This document shows, in pieces, positions 12,401-24,132 of a DNA stretch of 64,000 bases. The notes beneath the pieces are model-generated. The model saw only the letters and a program-made list of their open reading frames with translations. It was not told the DNA's origin and did no database searches. Origin of the DNA: Takakia lepidozioides (lineage: Eukaryota > Plantae > Bryophyta); NCBI GenBank assembly GCA_030704615.1, contig CM060731.1, forward strand, positions 9,176,001 through 9,240,000. The letters are read 5' to 3'. A program made the translations under genes and the position numbers. The first letter of the stretch is position 1. Each line of letters begins with the position of its first letter.

Positions 12401-15112
12401 GTGAATGTCGTCAACGCCATTCAAGGACATTATCAATTCTACTCAGGGACAATATAATTGCACCCTTAGATCCTAACCAGGTGAATTCATATACTCGCTT
12501 AAGAATGACTCAGACAAAGAAGTGAATGTCGTCAACGACATTCAATCTGGATCTAAGATTGCAATCCATATGAAGCCACAATTTTTCCCAAAAAAACAGT
12601 AGAGTTTCAAGTATGACATTTCACCTGTACACAACTCGCATCATGGCCCACTCTCCTCCAACCTGACTGTCAAAGTCGTTGGACCGTAAAATGTTACCAT
12701 CTTTGGAGAACTCCCGGAAAAAACAGTATCTCCACGTGAGACCTCTCCACTTCCTTATGTATGCCTCCAATGACATTTGGGGAGGGGAAACAATCGCAAT
12801 GTTCAGGTCCTTCAAAGTCTGATCCAGCACAATGACGGCGCGCTTTTCGAGCTGCAAATAGAATATTTGTCAGAATTGCAAAAAAGAAACACATCACATA
12901 CTTGAAGATAAGAAACAGCATGTTCGAATACACACCTGACTCCAAAATGTAGCCTTGTGGAGCCAGTTATCAAACACCAAATCACTGATTCCTTCCACCT
13001 TTGTGCCAGGCTGTATGGTGCTCTTTGGGAACTGATTCAAGTCCTTTACTGTTTGATCTGAGTTCCATATCTCCAGCCACCTTATTTTTGTTTGTGGGTC
13101 GACCATCGATATGGCCAGCCGGTGCAATTTCTCCTGCTGCATCTCCGGATGCACATGCTTGTCATAGTGTGTTTTGATCTGCTGAAGGAACTCAGGACCA
13201 AGTCCAGGATCTACTATTCTAAGCTGCTTTCCGAAGGCTGACATCAATTTGGTTCTTCGCATCTCAAACTCCTTCTTTATTGCAGCTTCCACACCCTTTG
13301 ATGTCCTTAGTTCCTCTGGTGTAGTGCGGTAATATTCGGATTTTCCCTTCTCAGCTGCCTCTGCCAGTTCTTGCTGCATTCATTCAAGTAGTGATTAGCT
13401 CCGAAGGGACTCTAAACATGTATTCGAAAAGTAAACAGAGTACAGACTCGGGCTTACCGCATACATGTACTCCAGAAACGCCTCTCGTGTCAAAGAATAC
13501 CAAGTGCCTGCAGCTCTTCCTGTTTCGCACTTCTTGATGATATTGGGTGGTAGTACTGTCCGAAAATCATCCAGCTTCATCAGACCAATCCTCTGAATTC
13601 GGAATAGTGTGTGAACCAAGCTTGTTGTCACATGCGATTTCTCTGTCGATCTGCAAAAACATTGAAAACATTGCATTCCTTACCACTGTTTTTTGAGGAT
13701 CAACAAGACACTACAGAGGGAATCAAATCTCCTGGATGACTTACTTGTTCACGTCGTGCATAGCTGTAAGAAGCCTAGCGATGTCGTTTCCTGGATCCAA
13801 AACCATTGCCTCCACAGCAACATGCTTGTCTTTGTCTTTCGAATGGTGTTTCTGAATGTATCCCATCCATGCAAGCAATCGGTGGTTGCCGTCCCAGACG
13901 TAGAACATGTGGTTGCAAAATTGCTGGGTGTTCTTTCCCATCATGAGGCCCAGCTCGAACTCCTCATTGGCATCTTTCCAGCACTCATCCCAGTTATCAC
14001 TGATCTCTGGAGAAACTAATGTGCTTTTCCCATTTATATCCGTCAGTGACACATAAAAAACTTGTGCACCAAGTCTATATCCATGCACAAAATCACTCTC
14101 CAATTTTGTTATGTCGTGGGAAAGAGGTGGACGCACAACAGGCATTGATATCATCCGGCACAGAGGTATGTCCAGACGCCCTCCAGATACGAGCATGTCC
14201 CTTATAACCTCCTGAGAGTTTACCTTCTGGAATGACATTAGTTCTTTCACCTTGTCAAGGTAGTGCACTTCGGATTCATCTGCTTCATCTGTATTCTCTG
14301 AGCTTTTTGCGGACTCGTCCCCATCTCCAGATCCTTTCCCCTCTGATCCTGTAGGCTTCGACCTCACAGTTTTCTGCACGATGCCATTCAGTTCTGAGTA
14401 AGTCATTTGCAAATAGTGAATGGCGGTAACGACCATCACTCTGTATCAAGGAAACTCACCATGAATGGTGTGAAAGAATTCAGCACAATCACACAAGAAA
14501 AGCCGAGACTGTCGTATTCAAAACAGAAGCGAGAGCAATAGCGAACGGCGTTAACGACAATCACAAAAGATAACGACCTGCCGGATCGGTGTTGTGTAAT
14601 GACATACATGTGCAACTGATTGGCGGCAACGACATTCAGTGTAGTTTAGGGCGGATAGTAAGTGCAGACTCTCTCTTCAAACACATATGTACATAAATGT
14701 CATAAGCAGAATCGAATGGCGTTAACGACGCTCGCGATTCAGTAGTTCCTGCTAAAGAATGGAAGAGGAAGGACTCCTTGAAAGGCAATCACATAGACTA
14801 TATGATAAAACTTACTGGCACCTTCTTAGGTTTTGAACTTTGATCCCCTTCTGCAGCTTTCCTCTTCCCTCTCACATCTGCTGGAGTTTCTGTCTGCGCA
14901 AGGGTTTCTTGACCTTCTTCAGGTTCGGCGTTCCGCGTGCTTCCACCTTCTTCAGTGTCCCTGCGATTCATCTCTGCCTCCACAGGCTGGCGCACTCTTA
15001 TCGCCGGCTGTGTCGCAGCCGCTGCCTCAGTTTCCGTCTGCTCTTGTGAATCAGTCTCCGCGTTCACCTGCTGCCTTGGCCCTGTGTTCTCCAACAAACG
15101 ACGCCTCGTCAT
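9477..15112 (-). CDS. Multi-exon ParB/Srx-like domain + beta-class N4C/N6A DNA methyltransferase-like fusion protein (MULE-1 accessory gene)
   Basis: Exons approx. 15112-14816, 14373-13745, 13650-13458, 13373-12936, 12851-12625, 11679-11028, 10914-10577, 10381-10096, 10000-~9815, ~9735-9477 with GT-AG borders. Motifs VVRP...FYVWDGNHRLLAWM; ADIVILDIPDG; EKSPAFMQILLESCS...RVVDLSVSTG-ATYHACKAGGRSLFGMEGD. One 1-bp frameshift at ~10830. Confidence 0.8.
11821..12544. repeat. Array of seven 22-bp palindromes TGAATG(T/G)CG-TCAA-CG(A/C)CATTCA in intron 5 of the MULE-1 ParB-MTase gene
   Basis: Copies start at 11821, 11927, 12088, 12196, 12291 (degenerate), 12402 and 12523. Confidence 0.92.
14417..14734. 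repeat. Degenerate copies of the same 22-bp palindrome in intron 1 of the MULE-1 accessory gene
   Basis: TGAATGGCGGTAACGACCATCA (14417), CGAACGGCGTTAACGACAATCA (~14542), TGATTGGCGGCAACGACATTCA (~14617), CGAATGGCGTTAACGACGCTCG (~14713). Confidence 0.75.
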
Positions 15113-15961
15113 TTTCTCTCTTGCTCTAAGTCTCTCTCTAAGGGAAGTAAAATAAAGAGACTTTCTTCTCTTTCGTATTCTAGAAGGAACCCTCTCCAGC
15201 TTGACTACCACTCTCCCTCTAAGCGCGAAAACTAGAAAAACGCAGTGACTCCCGATTTCTTGCGGGATTGCCTGTGTTCTTGCTTGTCTCTAGAAGCATC
15301 GGATTCCCTCCCGCGTGACCGTTACACATAGTCGTTTCGATATTAATGCACATGCCAACAATTGGTGTACAGCTGTTCGTATTCAGTTATGGATGTCTGA
15401 CGTGTGCCGCCCAAAACAAAACGGCGTGTTCTAAATTATAACTGGTTCAATATTTAAAAAGAACAGCGAATCCCAGAAATTGATGCGCAGTCTTAAACAA
15501 ATAAATATAAATGAACGAGAGTTTGATGACAAATTTTGGAATATCATACAGGTCATCCTTGTTATCCCCACATTCGTTGCACATTTGGAACTTTCCAGGT
15601 GCGCATGATCATTGGTAGTAGTATATAGATACATTTACTTAATCTGCAATCCCATTCTCGGATCCTGTGGCATGCTTCCAGGAAGTCGGCTTTGTTATTG
15701 GGTTTATTGATGAGGTTCTGATTAACGGTTTAACAGTTTCCGACACTGCCCCTATGGATTCTCTGACCACTGGGCCCACAAGAAAAGTAATTAAAATGGA
15801 CGGCTGCATATCTGGAATGAATAACAGAATATGCACAGTCGTTATCTGAGCTTCCTCCGCCATATGCTCTGCTCATTCTTCAACTGTGTTCTGGAGACAG
15901 CAGTAAACCGATTTACACTAGATCTGCGATAGCAAGGTACAAACATACTCGAGGAAGGAAG

Positions 15962-18900
15962 ATGGCTTCCTCTGAAGCGGAGTTCTTCTCAGACGACAAA
16001 CCAGTGCCGTTCTCCCAGGAAGTCCTTGACAATGGATTTGCAATTGTTCTGGAACATGTCTTGGCTACCCGTTTTCAGCTGCAGAATGGCTCCATCTTTT
16101 TGGAGAAAGAGGTTTACGATATGAAAGGGAAGTTGGTGAAATATTCTTTCCAAAACCGTGATGAGACGGCTCATATCAGCCAGTGGAGAGTGCGTCCTGG
16201 TCGATACAGAGTACTTGGAGAGCCTCGTAGAAAGTCCCTTGGGTCATATGTGACGCCCGGGACTGCTGCTTCGGTCGTTGAAGACAAGAGGGAGGTGGTG
16301 GTGAAAAAAGAACAGACTTCCTCCACTCCAATCGTTGAGCTTTCGGATTCTTCCGATGATGACATAAGTGAAATTCCAAATCCAGTCCTTCCTACTGTGG
16401 TTGCAGAAGCTGATGAAGAAGAGATTTGTAGTGTCATTCCAAAATTGCGGGCGATGGGAGGAATGGCTGGATTCAAAAGCGAGTTGCGGGGAATTGATTG
16501 GGAATCTTTGAAGCAGGTGCCTGTGAAGTTCTTGCCGGAGACTTTTGATGGCGATATCCTATTCGAGCTGCCTCCTCCTCCGCGAGTTGGAGGTGTAACA
16601 ATCATGATGCATGGAATGGACAAGAAACACGACGGGCACCCGTGGTGCAGAACAAAAACATCCAATATTCAGAATGATGACAAGCTTGTTTTCAGGAGGA
16701 CAGTTTGCAATGGACACCTTAGGTGTGATAATTTGAATTGCAGACACTTTCTTCAGTCTGGAGTTCATAATCAAAGCGAATGGGAGGGTCTGGCGGAGAA
16801 TCCATTTCAGCCTGGGACTGCCCCTCCACCGGCAAACACTTTCGTCTGCAAATTCTGCAAACTTGTGCCATCCTGCGTGGCGCTCTGCGGAGCAAGAATG
16901 TACTATGTTGTCCACCGTTTGAATACAATGACGAGAGCTTGTGTGCATTTTGGATTCCATAACCATCCTGTCTCGAAGGGGGATTACAGGGAGAGTGTTG
17001 AGACAGTATCGAGGTTGATCAAACAGGAGTTCGGGAGAAACCCATCCGCAACAACATCTGCAATTGCTCTTGGCGCAAGCAAGTCCTTCTTGGAAAGCCA
17101 TATTTTGAGTGAAGGAGATTCTGTGGGGACTAAACTTGACGGTGCAGCATTGGACCTGGTCATGGATCATTTCTCCACTTTAAGTTCACCTAACATTCGG
17201 CATCAGATCAATGCATTGAGAATGGGCTCTGGGATCAGAGGCTACATAGACAATATTTTGGAATTGAAACGACTGAGCAAGTACGATTACATCCAGGACA
17301 ATGTATTCCCAGGTCAAGGTGCCATCAAAGTTTTTCTTTTCAAAATGTCGACTGTTGGGAGGGCAGTGGGGTTAGCCTCGTGAAGCGGATGCAGAAGACT
17401 GGGGACTTGCAGAACTGTTTTCTTATGTTTGATCATGTGAAACGAGTGAAGGATTGGACGACAATGGCTTGTCATGTCTACGATCCAGTGTACCAACGAG
17501 TTATGACAATTGCAGTTTGTGACATGCAATCCGAGGATACGGAATCCCAGAAGCTCATGTGGAATTCCCTGATACGTGTCATGGGCTGCCATGGGCTGCC
17601 ATCTCCAAATTTCGCAGGTTTCATGGCGGATAGTGCTCAAGCAAATTTCAATGCTATTCGTATTGTCTTCGGATCGGGCGACCCAAAAGTGCCTATGCCA
17701 GGAAGAGAGCGTACATGTCTATTCCATTGGACACAATCTCTGGAAAAACATACAAAGTCGGACATCAAACCAGAGATGCAGACTCAGCACCGTAAATTGT
17801 GCAAAGAGTACAAAGATGCTAGAACAATGAAGGAGGCGGACACTTTGTTCCAGACAATTCGTGCCTGGTGGTTCTCTTCTGGAGCTGCATCACTTGAGAG
17901 TATGAGAGCATTGGAAGATTGGCTGGCGTTTTGGCACTTCCGGTATAGACAGTGGGGAGCAGCCATGACAATGGTACGAGGCTTCTATTTCATGCTTTAT
18001 TCATACATTTGCTTTCCATATTTTGACTCATTGCTTTCTTTATGTTGTTTCCTGTGCACTATTCTGAAGTGTGGTTATCCTCTTTGCAGAACATGTCCAT
18101 TGAGGAAATGGCAGACATGCCATCTTGCAATTTGGCAGAAACTGTGCACAATGCATGGTTGCAGCAGTCTGGGAAAGAGGTCGGGATTTGTATGTGGCAA
18201 CAACAGATGATTTGATACGTGCCTTGCAACAACAAACCCGATACCGTGATTTCTTACGAGGTGGGGTTGGTGGCAAGGGTCCGGACAAATCAGAGTTGAT
18301 GTTGCGTGCTGCAAACAGATCTGGGGATCCAATCAAGATAGCACGGGCGGTGAGCATGTATGCCCAGGGAACGCCACTTGTTTCTAGAGTTCCACATCTT
18401 GAAGGGGAGGAGAGATTCGGCTCCTGTAAGAGGAAATTGAACACTCCACCTGGTTCGGATTCAGATTCCCACAGGGCAGACCGTGATAACTTCTCGAAGC
18501 CTCGTGTTCCCCTGCATGACAGCTCCGTGTCCGGAACCTCCATTGTGGAGGAACCTCCAACACGACGGCAAGCTCCAGCATCAAACCGTGCCACTGAAAT
18601 GGTGCAGGAGAGAAACAACCCCCTTGATGTGCTTGAGTCCGCATGCCCCGACCACGTTTGGCACATAGAACGCACAAGTGTCGGGTCTCGTGTGAAATGT
18701 ACAGCGATCAGGGCAACTAATTTCGAGAAGTGCACTTCATCTATATCCAGAGGTGGTGCCCGAACTCTCTGCTCCGACTTTCACGGGCTTGATGCGTCCA
18801 TACGGTCAACCAGAAGCCAAGAACCACAAGTTCTGGTTCTGCGCAGATGATTGTGCCAGATGTGTGCATGGAACTGTGCGTCGTCCTTCCGTAGTGATGA

Positions 18901-19483
18901 AGCCATCTCCTCCAACCGTTTGGCCCGTGAAGGTGGGAACACATCTCAGCTTTCAGGAGATTGAAATGCTGGAGGAGGCAGGTTTTTCCCTTGCGAGACA
19001 ACCCCAACTCCATGCATGTGCTACTACTCCTGCGTCCTCCCGGGTCCCCCCGGCAAATCCTGACTTGTGGCCAACCAAACGAGATGGAAAGCTCGTTCGG
19101 CGTTTCCCTCCAACCGCTGAACACTTTGGCAAAGTGGAGTCCGCAAGAATGCTCCAAGCTCGTGTCGGAAGCACCACGGAAGTACCCGATCCAGGATATG
19201 GTCGGGTATTCACAATCATCACTTCCACATCTGCTGTTCATGACAGGACCTACGACATCACGGTTTCCAATTTCCCCAATTGCACATGTCCTGATTTTGT
19301 GAATATGCTATCAACCAGTTTGGGCAAGAGAGGTAAATTCATACCCTGCAAACATTTGTATTTCATATTTTGAGGAGGATGGTTTGCGATCCCAAACGTG
19401 ACAACTTCATTCACCAGGCCACTATGAGTTTCAACGAGGTCGATACTCTTTTGCAGCGGGATACACACACATGGGTAGCATGA
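15962..19483 (+). CDS. MULE transposase: GCM/WRKY-like Zn DNA-binding domain, DDE core, C-terminal SWIM finger; intron 17974-18089; homopolymer frameshifts
   Basis: HPWC...C..C...HxGxHNHP N-terminal domain; LMFD (D1), FMADSAQA (D2), CLFHW (CxxH); after splicing CNLAETVH (E); SWIM CTCPDF...PCKH. Confidence 0.88.
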
Positions 19484-19919
19484 ACTATGTAATGTGGTAT
19501 GTGGATGACCATGATTTGAAATGTGTAATTCACATCAATTCGTCGGCTGTGCAATGATATGGCCTCCAACTATACGGAGTGAGGTCTGAGTGACAACTTT
19601 TAGGTAGTGCACATTTGTCATTGCACCGTTCGAAGTCTACATGTCTTGCTGTCGCTATGCACTACAATCATCTTTTGAAGATGATCATAACTCTCATTGT
19701 TATTTGAGGAGGGAGAAGTCTTCTCGTGGCAGCCTTTATGGCGCACACTTTGTGAGGATATTTTGTCGTCTTCGTAATTGTAAAAGTGAAACAAACATTT
19801 GTAATTGCACAATGTTGGATGCTGCAATTGTAGGCCTCAACGCTCGTCTTGATTCTATTTAGGCAAGATTCCCTGCATTAATTCCACGGTCATAGGACCA
19901 TCCACGGTTATAGGCGGCG

Positions 19920-20121
19920 CATGTTAATGCTGACGTGGCAGTTGACGGACAGTGCCACGTCATCATTTACCGCCACATCAGCATGCTGACATGACGCTCA
20001 CGCCACGTCAGCATGTGTGCAGGCTCACGCCACGTCAGCTGGCGTGAGCGTACGCTCACGCCACGTCACTCCTGCGTGAGCGTACGCTCGCGCGCACAAC
20101 GCTCACGCCATTGCGTCGTTG
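19920..20121. repeat. MULE-1 right subterminal repeats (GCTCACGCCACGTCA; palindromes GCGTGAGCGTACGCTC)
   Basis: Repeated and inverted GCGTGAGC/GCTCACGC and TGACGTGGC motifs, mirrored at 8785-8850. Confidence 0.85.
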
Positions 20122-23100
20122 GTCCTGGCGGCCCAACTTGTCGCACCAGAGGTGCTTTTCCATAGACCAACACAAAAGGGGAAACTCCCGTCGCGGAGTG
20201 TTCTGTGTTATTATAACAGAACTCTGCCGCGTCTAAGTGTTCCATCCAGTCTGATTGGTCTGCCGACACGTAATTCCGCAAGAATTGCTTCACTACGGAA
20301 TTCACTCTTTCCGTTGGGCCGTCCGTCGTAGGTCGGAAGGCGGTGCTCATCTTCAGCCTCGTCCCCATCTTCTTCCAAAGTGCTCTCCAGAATTTACTCG
20401 TAAACTTTGGGTCGCGGTCCGAGACAATATCCTTCGGGACTCCATGATGCTTTAAGACGTGGGCGAAGTAAAGTCGCCCTGTCTCCTGCGCAGTTGCCGT
20501 CTCCTTGGTGGGATGAAATGGGCCATTTTACTGAACCTATCTACCACCACCATGATTGCATCGAATCCTTTTGACAGCGGCATAGCAGTCATGAAATCCA
20601 TCGACGCTTTCCCAAGTCCCCTCTGGAATCGGCAAGGGTTGTAACAGCCCGCTTGCTTTTTATACTCGCTCCGGTTTTGTTGGCATGGGTGCATGTCTTT
20701 ACATACTCCTCTGCCTCCTCCCTCAGTTTGGGCCAGAATACTCTTTCTTCAAGAGTGCCGCAGTGCGCTTGGCTCCACCGTGGCCCGCAAGCGGGCTATC
20801 ATGGCATTCTCTCAAGAGACTATCCCTGATCCCTCCCTTTGGCACATAGAGACGTTTTGCTTATACCGGAGCAGTCCGTTTTGCAAGTGGAACTGCGATT
20901 TAACCCCCATTCTCAAGTTCTGCATCACGCACTTTGCCAGCTCATCCTTCCGGCAAGCCTTCCGGATCTTCCTTTGGAGCGCCGTCTCGCCCTTGTACAC
21001 CAACAAGAGCTGTTGCTTTCTACTTAAAGCATCGGCCACCACATTGTCCGTCCCGGTTTGTACTGGATATCCACGTCGAACACTGCCAAAGTATCTTGCC
21101 ACCTAAGTTGTTTTGGGGACAACTTGGGCTGCGTGGCAAAATACTTCACGTGACATTGTCCGTGAACACCTTCACTGGGTTGGAACCAACATAGTGGCGC
21201 CAGAGTTCAAGGCAATGTACCACCGCCTTCATCTCTTTTTCGTGCGTCGGCCACCGTCGCTCCACTTCATTCAGTTTCTTACTTTCGTAAGCCACTGGAC
21301 GTCCATCTTGCATAAGTACACCCCCAATTGCGAAGTCCGATGCATCTGTATGAATCTCAAACGGACGATCGAACTCCGGATTTTTAAGACTGGAGCTTCC
21401 GTCATCCGCTGCTTCAATTCAGCAAAAGCTTGGCCACAAAATGTGTCCATACCCAGACTTTGGATTTACACAGAAGGTCCGACAGCGGCCCCGCGATCTT
21501 GGCGAAATTTCTCACATACTTCCGGTAATAGGAGGGCGAGTCCTAGGAAGGATCGCACTCCCGGGACCGAAGTCGGAGGCTCCCAGTCCAAGATCGCCCT
21601 CACCTTTCTGTCATCCATTTTGATCCCATCCTGTGTAATCACGTGCCCCAAGAACTCCACTTTTGTGACCCCGAATTCGCACTTTGAAGCTTTGGCATAC
21701 AGCTTCCCTTCTCGCAATTTTTGGAACACCCTTTTGAGGTGCTCCAGGTGCTCCTCCTTTGTTTTTCGAGTACACCAAGATGTCGTCGATGTACACGATC
21801 ACAAAGTCATCCAACCACTCCTGAAAAGGCTGTTCATCAGCGTGCTAAATGTCGCTGGTGCATTGGTGAGCCCAAAAGGCATCACCAAGAACTCATATGA
21901 ACCATACCTTGTCCTGCACGCGGTCTTCTCCTCATCTCCTTCCGCCACCCGAATTTGGTGATAGCCGGAGCGCAAGTCGATCCATGAAATACTTCGCTCC
22001 TGCCAACCGATCGAAGAGGTCGTCGATCCTTGGCAAAGGGTACCGGTTTTTGATAGTCACCTTATTCAGAGCCCTGTAATCGACACACATCCGCAGCGTC
22101 CCATCCTTCTTGTCTGCAAATAGCACCGGGGCTCCGTAAGGTGACTTACTCGGCCGGATGTACCCTTTGACATTAGATCTTTGAGCTGAGTCTTCAGCTC
22201 GACCAACTCTTTGTGGCTCAACCGGTAGGGCGCCTTGGCAGGCGGTTCCGATCCCGGTATCACCTCAATTTTGTGGTCAACTCCTCTTCGCGGTGGCAAG
22301 CCGCTTGGTAAATCCTCCGGCATCACATCCTGGTATTTCTCCAAAATCCCTTGATCCAATCTGGGCTCGGCTCCCCATCGCCTTCTCCTTTCACTTCTCT
22401 AATGTAAAGCAAAAACTGGGACTCGTGTGTCTCCTCCACGGCCCTCCTTTGCTGATAGAAGGTTTATTCGCCCTCCCACGGATTTGGGCGTTTCCGACAC
22501 TCGTAAAACCTCGCCACCATTCCCACATGGCAGCGTGACTACTCTCTTGCGGCCATCTATGACCGCTCCGGATTTGCTCAAAAAGGTCATTCCCAAAATG
22601 AGATCCACTCCATCGATCTCGCAGATAGTGAAGTTCTCACGTCCCTCCCAACTCCCCAGTTGAAGAGGAACATCAAACGCCAACCTTGTCGCCAACTGAG
22701 GTTCTCCTTTGGCAGAGCGCACCTCAATAGAGGCCCCCACGTCACTTGTCGGGAGTCCCAACTTTCGCGCCGCCGCCGGCGTCATGAAGGAGTGCGACGC
22801 TCCTGTGTCCACCAACAACGACACATTAGTTCCGGATATTATCCCATCCACGAACAATAACTGACTCCCTTTTCGTAAGGCGCCAGTTTCCTGATACAAC
22901 TCACAAGAAAATTTGCCTACCTTGCAAGTCCTGGCGACCACCGCTTCCACCAAGCGACTGATGGTATCTTCCGACAGCTCCGTGGTCGCCCGAGTCATGT
23001 TCAATTGCCGGGGCTTCGTGCACTTCTTGGCATGTGCCCGGGCTCCCCGCAATTGAAACACACTCCATCAAAGGTCGCCTTCTGTCCGCCATAAGTCGTT

Positions 23101-24077
23101 CCACCCGCTTTTCCTTTCGAAGCACCGGGTGCCGCCTTGACGTGTGAAGGACCTCCCTTCGATTTCCACGTGCCATTTTCGCCGCTGGCCTATCCACTTC
23201 TTTTCCGGTCGGGAGGAGTCACCTTCCCGCCGGGTCTTCTTGTGGTTCAGCTCCGTACGGCCTTGTCTCTCACCCCTAGGGACATCCGAGAAACATTCAG
23301 CTCTCTCAATTGCCTCGTTCAAAGTCTTAGGTGGCTTCTCCTCCAACTTCCGCCTAGCCCATGGGGCCAGTCCCGCCACAAAGTTGAAGACCATTTCTGG
23401 TTCTGCCATGTCCGCGACTTCGAGCAACAGCACATTGAAAGCCTGGACATACCCCCGAATGTCATCTGTTTGCTTCAAATTCCTCATCTTGTCCCGGGCA
23501 AGCCAGGACGCGTTGAGGGGCACAAACTGTCTCTTCATCAATTCCTTGAACTCACTCCAGTTCAAGGTTTCCGGGCTTGGGCCTCGGTCGTGAAGGCGTT
23601 TCTGCCACCATTGTTGAGCATAGCCCCTCAAATAGGTGGGAGCCACTTCCACCCGATCCTCGTCACTCAACTTGGCCGCCCGGAAGTACTGCTCTAGCTC
23701 CAGGAGCCAGGTGTTGAGTGCCTTCCGGTTTCGAACGCCCTCGAAGGTGCCGGGTTCCTTAGGCTTCACCTTAAACTTTGCCTTGGTGGAAGTGCATTAG
23801 CCGCCTTCAACACGTCTTTCAACGTCCCGCCAAACTGCGCCAACAACCCTTCCCAAAAGGCTGCCGGCATGGGAGGCATCTCTTGGTTTGTCGGAGCTCT
23901 CAAAGATTCCTCGGGCTCCGACTCCTCGGATTCCTCCCGCTCCTGAGCGGCCTCGTTTTCGGAAACATTAATCGCTTCCTCAAACGGCCGCCTCGGTGAC
24001 ACGTCGCCCCCATCGGGCTCACCGGGATCATCATCTTTTGGGCCGTTCCGCTTTCGCTTCGGCTTGCCCGACCCCAT
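20122..24077 (-). CDS. gag-pol polyprotein (gag with CCHC knuckle, protease, RT, RNase H, integrase core), many 1-bp frameshifts
   Basis: Gag [13 protein letters not shown]; CFNCGEPGH knuckle (~23060-23020); protease [10 protein letters not shown]; [38 protein letters not shown]; [11 protein letters not shown]; [30 protein letters not shown]. Confidence 0.93.
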
Positions 24078-24118
24078 GATGAGGCCAATCCCAAGGACGA
24101 TCGCGTACTGAACTCTAA

Positions 24119-24130
24119 GCTCTGATACCA
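24119..24130 (-). promoter_or_regulatory. Primer binding site (tRNA-iMet)
   Basis: - strand TGGTATCAGAGC, 2 nt inside the 5' LTR. Confidence 0.95.
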
Positions 24131-24132
24131 AG

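Larger units (their letters stand above)
8773..20121. mobile_element. Mutator-like DNA transposon (MULE-1), ~11.35 kb, apparently complete, carrying a transposase and a ParB-MTase accessory gene
   Basis: Interrupts the gypsy integrase. TSD GTCCTGGGC (8764-8772) / GTCCTGGC (20122-20129, one G short). Imperfect TIR CAGGGATGCCTCGGCGTGAGC vs CAACGACGCAATGGCGTGAGC (15/21). Subterminal GCGTGAGC repeats at both ends. MULE-type transposase. Confidence 0.9.

Noticed and set aside
11821-12544. CRISPR-like array (palindromic repeats with spacers)
   Set aside because: Spacers are 70-140 bp, uneven and partly homologous to each other. The array lies in a spliceosomal intron of a eukaryotic transposon gene, and no cas genes are present.
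21113-21961. 282-aa + strand ORF and other antisense ORFs over gag-pol
   Set aside because: Antisense shadows of the - strand RT/RNase H coding region.
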